DNA of 64,000 bases from Alphaproteobacteria bacterium (GTDB lineage: Bacteria > Pseudomonadota > Alphaproteobacteria > Rs-D84): positions 142,418-206,417 of the forward strand of contig JAVBUT010000002.1 in assembly GCA_031555055.1 (NCBI GenBank), written 5' to 3'. Both the position numbers and the translations under genes were made by a program. This document shows, piece by piece, positions 57,502 through 64,000 of the stretch (within the stretch, counting starts at the first letter, position 1; each line of letters opens with the position of its first letter). Below the pieces are notes generated by a model. It ran no database searches, was not told where the DNA came from, and worked only from the letters and a program-made list of their open reading frames with translations.

Positions 57502-58168
57502 CTGTTCTGCGCGCGCGGACACGGGGTACGACGTCGAAGACCCGATGTTTATACTGTCTGCGACGGATTTCCTGTCACGCACGGGATTGTCAATGGACAC
57601 CGAAAGCATTTTAAAGATTTCGCAAAAATTTGCATACGGTCTGAACAACAGATTATCAGTTGGCGCATCGTTCCATTACCAACAGGATTTTGACGGGCCC
57701 GAAGACGGATTTTCAAATATCGATCTGTCCGGAACGTACCGTCTGTCCGCCGGCAGCGAAGATTCGCGTATAATATCTGACGCGCTATTCGGCGTAAAGA
57801 TCAATGGAAATGACCGTGTCCGCGATCCGGAATTTGCCGACACTGTATGGTATGCGGGATTGCGCGTCGGACGCCAGTGGTCCGGAATAACGCTGGCCGG
57901 TACTGTCAAGACCAGCTGGATTTTCGATGAAACCCGCGGAATGGCCTATATAGACTTTATACCAGAGGCTTATTTCAGATTCGATGAAAAATGGAAAATG
58001 GGAATCGGAATGGATTTCCGTGTCGCAACCAATCCTAATTTCGACCAGGAATGGGTGAACTTTAAATTCCTGCGCCAGTATGGGCGCACGCAGTATGTCG
58101 GGCATGTCGACTATGAAATCGAATCTGACGAATGGCAGTTCGGCGCGCGCGTAAACATAGTGTTCTAA
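57452..58168 (+). CDS. Outer-membrane beta-barrel protein
   Basis: Signal peptide; FAYGLNNRLSVG similar to upstream barrel; ends WQFGARVNIVF. Confidence 0.78.
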   Translation: MKKLLTIFFIFNFSFFICSARADTGYDVEDPMFILSATDFLSRTGLSMDTESILKISQKFAYGLNNRLSVGASFHYQQDFDGPEDGFSNIDLSGTYRLSAGSEDSRIISDALFGVKINGNDRVRDPEFADTVWYAGLRVGRQWSGITLAGTVKTSWIFDETRGMAYIDFIPEAYFRFDEKWKMGIGMDFRVATNPNFDQEWVNFKFLRQYGRTQYVGHVDYEIESDEWQFGARVNIVF

Positions 58169-58268
58169 AACACGGGGGATTCTTGAATATCCTGTTGACT
58201 GAATTATGTTTTTTATTCTATATTCTGGCGTGTAGGAATCAAAACACAAAAATAAAAAGGCAAAACTG

Positions 58269-59135
58269 ATGAAAAAAACTTTCTTTATATCGGCACTGGT
58301 TGCTGCGGCGTTCGTCGTTCCGGCGTTCGCATCGCAATACTTGATTAAAAAGGGCGACACGCTGTCCGAAATCGGCCGCGATCATAATCATACTGTATCG
58401 CGCCTGATGGAAATCAATCCCCAGGTCAAAGACAAAAATCTGATCTATACCGGCAAATACCTGAACTTGGATGACAATGGTGGTGCGAAATCCGCTGTGG
58501 CTGCGACAACGGCTGGCGCTGCTACTGCGGCCGCCGCTGCCACGTCCCAGGACAAGACAGCTGACACAAAATCTACTGACAAAAAAACATCCGAAGAAAC
58601 ATCAACTGCAAAATCCGAATCTGAAAACAACACCGGATTCTATGTTGCTGGTCGCGTCGGCGCCGGCCTGTTGGATAATCGCGTTTCGTCACCGGATATG
58701 CATCTGGACGGCGTGGATGTATTAATGCGCGCCGCGATCGGTTGGAACTTTGATCCGATCCGTGTCGAGGCTGAATACGGCTATATGCCGGGTGCCGCAT
58801 TTGACGTTAATGGCACACGTCTGGAAACCCAGATCAACACGGTTATGGGAAATATATTCTATGATATTGACTTGGGCACATCCGTCACACCGTTTGTAAA
58901 CGTTGGTGCTGGCTATGTCCGCATCCGTGAAACAAGCGCTGTTCCGGGCGCCACTGCTGGGCGTGAAAACAATACTGCATTGTCCGCAGGGGCCGGTATG
59001 TCGTGGGATTTCTCGGAAACACTGAAAGGCGAATTGGCGTATCGTTTCTCGGACTTTGGTCATATTCATGATGGCGCTGAAAAGCAGTCGATTGATATGC
59101 ACGAAGTCACATTTGGTCTGCGTTATCAGTTCTAA
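58269..59135 (+). CDS. LysM domain fused to an 8-stranded OmpA/opacity-type beta-barrel
   Basis: YLIKKGDTLSEIG...LMEINP......LIYTG.YL (LysM); RVEAEY, N.FYD, TPFV.VGAG, GLRYQF (barrel). Confidence 0.88.
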   Translation: MKKTFFISALVAAAFVVPAFASQYLIKKGDTLSEIGRDHNHTVSRLMEINPQVKDKNLIYTGKYLNLDDNGGAKSAVAATTAGAATAAAAATSQDKTADTKSTDKKTSEETSTAKSESENNTGFYVAGRVGAGLLDNRVSSPDMHLDGVDVLMRAAIGWNFDPIRVEAEYGYMPGAAFDVNGTRLETQINTVMGNIFYDIDLGTSVTPFVNVGAGYVRIRETSAVPGATAGRENNTALSAGAGMSWDFSETLKGELAYRFSDFGHIHDGAEKQSIDMHEVTFGLRYQF

Positions 59136-59153
59136 TAACATCTGTATGTGCAT

Positions 59154-59180
59154 AAAAACCGGCCGTTCGGCCGGTTTTTT
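59154..59180. terminator. Bidirectional intrinsic terminator
   Basis: aaaaaccggcc gttc ggccggtttttt. Confidence 0.85.
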
Positions 59181-59184
59181 GTTA

Positions 59185-59313
59185 GCAGGGGCGCGTGGAA
59201 ACACGCTATCATATTTGACTGGATTGCTTCGCATTCGCTCGCAATGACGGATTTGTTTTTTAATGGTTATAACTAAGGGCGCGTTTCGGACTGCGCCCCC
59301 TACTATTGACTAA
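59185..59313. repeat. Composite palindromic element, sister of 18281-18410
   Basis: gcaggggcgcgtggaaacacgc ... actggattgcttcgcattcgctcgcaatgacgga ... agggcgcgtttcggactgcgccccctactattgactaa. Confidence 0.85.
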
Positions 59314-59320
59314 TTCCTGA

Positions 59321-60610
59321 TTACTTTTTTCGCAGTGATTCCCAATAATCCAGGCGCTTTTTGATTTCGCGTTCGAACCCGCGTTCAATCGGGCGGTAAA
59401 ATGTCTGGCGGTGCATACCTTCGGGGAAACAATTCTGGCCACTGAATCCCGATTCTGTATTCGGCTCATACACATAACCCGATCCGTACCCTAAATTTTT
59501 CATCATCTTGGTCGGGGCGTTCAAAATGTTTTTGGGCGGCATCAGACTGCCGGAACTTTGTGCGGCTGCGTATGCGGCGCCTTGGGCGCGATAATTTGCA
59601 GTGCTTTTCGGCGCAGTGCCAAGATAAATCACCAGTTCGGTCAGGGCCAGATCGCCTTCGGGCGAACCCATGCGTTCGTAAATTTGCCAAGCGCTTAGGG
59701 CAATCTGCATCGCATTTGGATCGGCCAGGCCGATATCTTCCATCGCGAATCGGGTCAGCCGCCGGAACAGATACATCGGGTCTTGGCCCGATGTCATCAT
59801 GCGCGCCGTCCAATACAGCGCGGCGTCCGTGTCACTGGCACGTAATGATTTATGCACCGCCGATATCAGGTTGTAATGTTCGTCGCCGGACTTGTCCGAC
59901 AATGGCGCGCGCTTTTGTATTGCACTATCCAGGCCGGAAGGCGACAGATCGTTTTTAAAATTCGCAGTCCACAGATACTCGATCGTGTTCAGCAAGAAAC
60001 GCGCATCGCCGTCGGCCATTTGTGCCAAATGTATGCGCGCGTCCATGGTCAGGGGCAGTTTTTTTGATTTCTTTTTCCCAGAATCGTCATTCAGATATTT
60101 TTCGGCCCGATCCGCCAATGCCATTAAATCCGCCGTAGACAGCGGTTGCAGTACCCCGATATGGCACCGTGACAGCAACGCGTTATTCAAATTAAAGCTG
60201 GGGTTTTCAGTCGTCGCGCCAATAAACACGACCGTACCGTCTTCGAGATACGGCAACAGTGTATCCTGTTGCGTTTTGTTAAACCGGTGGATTTCATCAA
60301 TGAACAGCAAAGTGTTTCGGCCGATCGCAGTGTTCATCCTGGCGGCTTCCATCGCTTTTTTAATATCGGCCGTGCCGGAAAAAACCGCGGACATCGCGAC
60401 AAAGTCCATATCGATGGATTTTGCAAGGGCCCGCGCGATCGTCGTCTTGCCGCAACCAGGCGGTCCCCATAACAACAGGTTGGACAGCTTTTTATTATCC
60501 ACCATGCGGCGAATCAGCCCGTTTTCGCCCAATAACGAAGTCTGGCCCAATACTTCATCAATCGTATTGGGGCGCATTATATCGGCCAAGGGGCGGGTGG
60601 TTGACGCCAT
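59321..60610 (-). CDS. rarA: Replication-associated recombination protein A
   Basis: PLAD.MRP, WGPPGCGKTTIA, LFIDEIHRFNK.QQD, GATTENPSF, ISAVHKS.R.SD, EDIGLADP. Confidence 0.97.
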   Translation of the reverse strand: MASTTRPLADIMRPNTIDEVLGQTSLLGENGLIRRMVDNKKLSNLLLWGPPGCGKTTIARALAKSIDMDFVAMSAVFSGTADIKKAMEAARMNTAIGRNTLLFIDEIHRFNKTQQDTLLPYLEDGTVVFIGATTENPSFNLNNALLSRCHIGVLQPLSTADLMALADRAEKYLNDDSGKKKSKKLPLTMDARIHLAQMADGDARFLLNTIEYLWTANFKNDLSPSGLDSAIQKRAPLSDKSGDEHYNLISAVHKSLRASDTDAALYWTARMMTSGQDPMYLFRRLTRFAMEDIGLADPNAMQIALSAWQIYERMGSPEGDLALTELVIYLGTAPKSTANYRAQGAAYAAAQSSGSLMPPKNILNAPTKMMKNLGYGSGYVYEPNTESGFSGQNCFPEGMHRQTFYRPIERGFEREIKKRLDYWESLRKK

Positions 60611-60688
60611 TATTTATCTTTTACTGTAATTTTACTTATCGTTTATTTGTGATATAATCAAGATAGTACAAAATATAGGGAAATTCAA

Positions 60689-61054
60689 GTGGCTATAAAC
60701 GATACGAAAACCAATGAGTTCACGCTGGCGGTGGCAAATCTGGCTGCGGCGGCGATCGCCGCAAATCCACGGCTGAGCATGGCTGATGCAGTGCGGCAGG
60801 CAACCGAATCCCTGGCCCCGACATCTGTGTCCAAAAAGCAGATTGCCGATTCGGTCGAACCGGATCAGATACAGTGTCTGGAAGACGGAACGTGGCACAT
60901 AATGCTGCGCCGGTATATCAAGCGCAAATGGAACATGACACCCGCCCAGTACCGCGCGAAATGGGGTCTGCCGGACGATTATCCGTTTGTCGCGCCGAAC
61001 TATTCCAAAACACGTTCGAAAATCGCAAAAAAAACCGGCCTGGGGAGAAAATAA
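60689..61054 (+). CDS. mucR: Ros/MucR family transcriptional regulator
   Basis: GTG start with SD AGGGA; I.CLEDG, TP.QYR.KWGLP.DYP.VAPNYS..RS..AK..GLG. Confidence 0.92.
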   Translation: MAINDTKTNEFTLAVANLAAAAIAANPRLSMADAVRQATESLAPTSVSKKQIADSVEPDQIQCLEDGTWHIMLRRYIKRKWNMTPAQYRAKWGLPDDYPFVAPNYSKTRSKIAKKTGLGRK

Positions 61055-61057
61055 GTA

Positions 61058-62836
61058 ATGGTAAAAAAATTAAGCATATTTGGTCGTGCAAAAAAATATT
61101 TTGATCAATCAAAAACGGTAAAAAAATTGGGCGCCGGGTTTGAAAAAATTCCAAGTGGCTTGGGTAAAGCTGGTAAAAAACTGGTGTCAAAAAAAATAGA
61201 AACCTGGTACGGAAAAACCGGAAAATTGACCGGGGCGTCATTGTTAATCGCGGCCCAGGCGATTACTAAAAGCATAAAAATAATTGGGGTCGATAATCTT
61301 GTTCTGCGCACTGCGGAAATAGAATTTTCAAAAATAAAATCGAATAAAAAACTTGCCGCGTTTATAAGAAAACATCCCTTTATACCGGCTTATATCGTCA
61401 ATGCCATGTTTATGGCTGGTGTGTTTTTTGGTGGTAAAGCCACACTTGATAAAATCAAAAGCCCAGTGGAAAAAGTTGTGACCATAACAGCAGACCAATT
61501 ACCGGCATATTATAAACAAATGTCAATAGTGGTGAAGCCCGCCAATGTCGGTCTGGCGATTATTCCCGAAGGAATGCTGTATAAAGCGCTGTATACATCT
61601 GCCGATGGTATGTGGAATCTAGCAGGGTGCATAACGGTTATTCCAGTTGATAAAAACAACTTGATGGGTAAATGGCGTCCGGTCAAAGAAGGTGATACAT
61701 GTACCCCAGATGAGGCGATAATATGGATGGGTGCCTTTTTTGATAAATTCATATATCCGATATTGAATAATAATTTGAAAGTACAAGTATCAACAGATAT
61801 GTATATTGCATTGGCGGATTTTGCATACAATAACAAGGATCCGTATAATTTTGACAATCAAATGATACGTGCCTTGAACGATGGTAAGTCAGAAGAAGAC
61901 GTATTGAAAATGTTTTCTCATTATCGTGGTGGCGACAATGCGCCCACGGTTCGTCGTGGATTACTAAAGCGACGCTGGATAGAGGCTTTTGTTGCCGGTG
62001 GCGCATGCAATTATACCAGGTTGCTTGATTGTCATATATCTGGATTAACCAGTATCAATTACACGAACTTTTACACTGACGATACTAATGACAAAAGTAA
62101 GCCGTACTACAAATATGATTTTTCAGAAAGTTTGATAGAGATGTTTTATAATAAAACGGTTGCTGGCGGAATATCGATCCGTGAAGAGTTTATGAAAAGC
62201 AAAGCCGGTCGTGAATATATTAAAAAAATAGAAACAATGCCGCGCACAATAACGCTGGAAGTTGCAGAGGACAAGGTTCGCCAAGAAAAGATAGAAAAAA
62301 CGAAAAAATCACCAAAGCAATATGTTTTGGCGGATCAGATAAAAAAATTGATATCTGATGGCGAGCTCGCGCATAAACAAGGTGACTATGATGTTGCGGA
62401 ACTAAAATTTATGGACGCACTGTCATTGGATGATGAAAATTATGATGCCTATAACAGTCTATCATTCACGCTGTACAAAGCTAAGCGATACAAGGACGCA
62501 ATCGTTGCGGCACAAAAGTGCATAAATCTCGCTCATAAATTTGAAAAAACAGGTGTCGTCGATGACGATGTTTATGCAATGGCATATTATAATGCTGGAA
62601 TTTCACGTGAAGCGTTGGGGGAGTTTGAAGTTGCGTTAAAAAACTATAAGACGGCATCTCTGCGCAGTCCGGACAACCAGATATATAAAATATCAATAGA
62701 AAGTGTATCAAAAAAAATCAAAGAACAAGAAAATAAAAAAAGTACATTTAATAATGCGGTAAAAAAAGTCGATAAGAAACAGGCGGTTAAAAAAAGTTCT
62801 TTGAAAAATAATAGACAGGGACGGACTGAAAGATGA
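61058..62836 (+). CDS. Membrane-anchored GH24 (phage-type) lysozyme-like domain plus TPR repeats
   Basis: TM near aa 107-126; IIPEG...Y...DG.W, VKEGDTCTPDEA, ALADFAYN, RALNDG, GLLKRR..E; C-terminal TPRs (AYNSLSFTLYK..RYKDAI, AYYNAG..R..LGEFE.AL..YK.A...PDN). Confidence 0.72.
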   Translation: MVKKLSIFGRAKKYFDQSKTVKKLGAGFEKIPSGLGKAGKKLVSKKIETWYGKTGKLTGASLLIAAQAITKSIKIIGVDNLVLRTAEIEFSKIKSNKKLAAFIRKHPFIPAYIVNAMFMAGVFFGGKATLDKIKSPVEKVVTITADQLPAYYKQMSIVVKPANVGLAIIPEGMLYKALYTSADGMWNLAGCITVIPVDKNNLMGKWRPVKEGDTCTPDEAIIWMGAFFDKFIYPILNNNLKVQVSTDMYIALADFAYNNKDPYNFDNQMIRALNDGKSEEDVLKMFSHYRGGDNAPTVRRGLLKRRWIEAFVAGGACNYTRLLDCHISGLTSINYTNFYTDDTNDKSKPYYKYDFSESLIEMFYNKTVAGGISIREEFMKSKAGREYIKKIETMPRTITLEVAEDKVRQEKIEKTKKSPKQYVLADQIKKLISDGELAHKQGDYDVAELKFMDALSLDDENYDAYNSLSFTLYKAKRYKDAIVAAQKCINLAHKFEKTGVVDDDVYAMAYYNAGISREALGEFEVALKNYKTASLRSPDNQIYKISIESVSKKIKEQENKKSTFNNAVKKVDKKQAVKKSSLKNNRQGRTER

Positions 62837-64000
62837 AAACAATCGTAAACTATAGCGATCTGCGGTGGGAAAAATATAAAATCGATTTTAGCAAAATCGC
62901 CAATGCCGCAGCCACATCTGTGCACAAGGATTCCGAAGTGTCGGTTGTTCTGACAAACGATAAAGAAATCCATACACTGAACAAACAATATCGCGGATTT
63001 GATAAACCGACAAACGTATTGTCTTTTGAAACAGGTGACGACGAATTATTGGGGGATATTTATATTTCGTTCGATACCGTCCTGCGCGAGAGTAAAGAGC
63101 AGGGCATCCCATTCAAAGATCATGTGGCGCATATGGTTGTGCACGGTGTGTTGCATCTGATTGGGTATGATCATTTGAATGATAATGACGCTGATAAGAT
63201 GGAAAAGCGGGAAGTTGCAATTTTAAAAAAAATAGGGATAGGGAATCCGTACCGGTCAGAAGAGGGGAAAATGCTGAAATCAAAAAAAATATCAGAAAAA
63301 ATAAAGATCAAAGATGGCGGGTGCATGCAATGGGCGCTGTATCTTGTTCTGGGCGGATTGGCGTCGTTGGGGTTTGCGCCGTTCAATCTTTGGTGGGCAA
63401 CGGTGTTGGGAATCGGCGCGGCATACTATCTGACTGTGCGAAACATTGGTTCGGATAAGAAAGCCGGTTTTTGGAAAACGCTTTTGCATATTTGGCCATT
63501 CGGGGCGGGTTATGCAGCGTCCATGTTCTGGTGGGTTACCAATTCGATATATGTGGTGCCGGAACTAGCGTCGCAGTTTGCGATATGGACAATGCCGGCA
63601 ATTATCGGAATCGCACTGGTCGGCGGGATTGTCTTTGCAATCCCATTTGTATTGACGCGATGTATATACATAAAGCCTGCGGCACGGCCATTTATGTTTG
63701 CGGGTGCATGGACGCTGATCTTGTGGCTGCGCGAGTGGCTGTTTACAGGCTTTCCGTGGAATCCGATTGCGAATATTGCAATTGATTATCCGGTTATTGC
63801 GAACTCTATGTCTTTATGGGGGGCACTGGGGTTGACTTTTGTGATTATCGGATTGGTTGCGGGTGTTGTGGAATTAATAAAGTGCAAAGTGCAAGGTGCA
63901 AAGTGCGATTATCTCGCGGTATTGGTTTTTATTGTTTTAATGATAATTGGTTCTGTGTTTGGATATCGCAACATAGGGCAATCTGAGATCAAAAACTATG
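62833..64000 (+). CDS. ybeY-lnt: rRNA maturation RNase YbeY fused in frame to apolipoprotein N-acyltransferase Lnt (3'-truncated by window edge)
   Basis: Own translation from ATG 62833 is open to the window end: LN.QYRG.DKPTNVLSF, LGDIYIS, HGVLHLIGYDH, GNPY (YbeY), then LGFAPF, WWVTNSI, LREWLFTGFPWN (Lnt). Confidence 0.9.
   Translation, partial: MKTIVNYSDLRWEKYKIDFSKIANAAATSVHKDSEVSVVLTNDKEIHTLNKQYRGFDKPTNVLSFETGDDELLGDIYISFDTVLRESKEQGIPFKDHVAHMVVHGVLHLIGYDHLNDNDADKMEKREVAILKKIGIGNPYRSEEGKMLKSKKISEKIKIKDGGCMQWALYLVLGGLASLGFAPFNLWWATVLGIGAAYYLTVRNIGSDKKAGFWKTLLHIWPFGAGYAASMFWWVTNSIYVVPELASQFAIWTMPAIIGIALVGGIVFAIPFVLTRCIYIKPAARPFMFAGAWTLILWLREWLFTGFPWNPIANIAIDYPVIANSMSLWGALGLTFVIIGLVAGVVELIKCKVQGAKCDYLAVLVFIVLMIIGSVFGYRNIGQSEIKNY

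Noticed and set aside
39351-62836. Prophage suggested by phage-like RNR and lysozyme
   Set aside because: The genes are about 20 kb apart among core genes; no structural, terminase or holin genes

Overview
Core chromosomal segment of a compact-genome alphaproteobacterium (MucR/Ros, alpha-type AddB, DUF721/DciA, SecB, LpoA, LolE/D, LptG). The gene style suggests to me an uncultured deep-branching lineage such as Rs-D84/Enterousia-like bacteria; that is an impression, not a computed result. Genetic code 11. About 60 CDS, mostly housekeeping: repair/recombination (uvrB end, addB, xth, ruvA, ruvC, recA, xerD, mutL, rarA), division/envelope (ftsQ, ftsA, ftsK, lpoA, mltA, lolE/D, lptG, secB, yajC-secD-secF, three outer-membrane barrels), translation (tsaE, rsmI, engB, mnmE, typA, serS, ybeY, tRNA-Gly, tRNA-Tyr), a glycosyltransferase cluster and an NrdR-boxed B12-dependent ribonucleotide reductase module. 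No prophage, transposase or CRISPR array is present. Most unusual: (1) a pervasive system of 7-bp (and 6-bp) tandem repeats arranged as inverted pairs, which also encodes five signal peptides and in-frame insertions in conserved enzymes; (2) a shared leader motif, SD-like CAAGGGA plus a hairpin with a compensatory base change before the start codon, on both arms of two divergent promoters; (3) in-frame fusions FtsA-Rpe and YbeY-Lnt; (4) a membrane-anchored GH24 lysozyme-like/TPR protein; (5) tRNA-Gly with an A73 discriminator and a non-canonical tRNA-Tyr; (6) a CtpA-like protein lacking its catalytic dyad; (7) several families of REP/MITE-like palindromes. All calls are by-eye motif recognition; no database searches were run.
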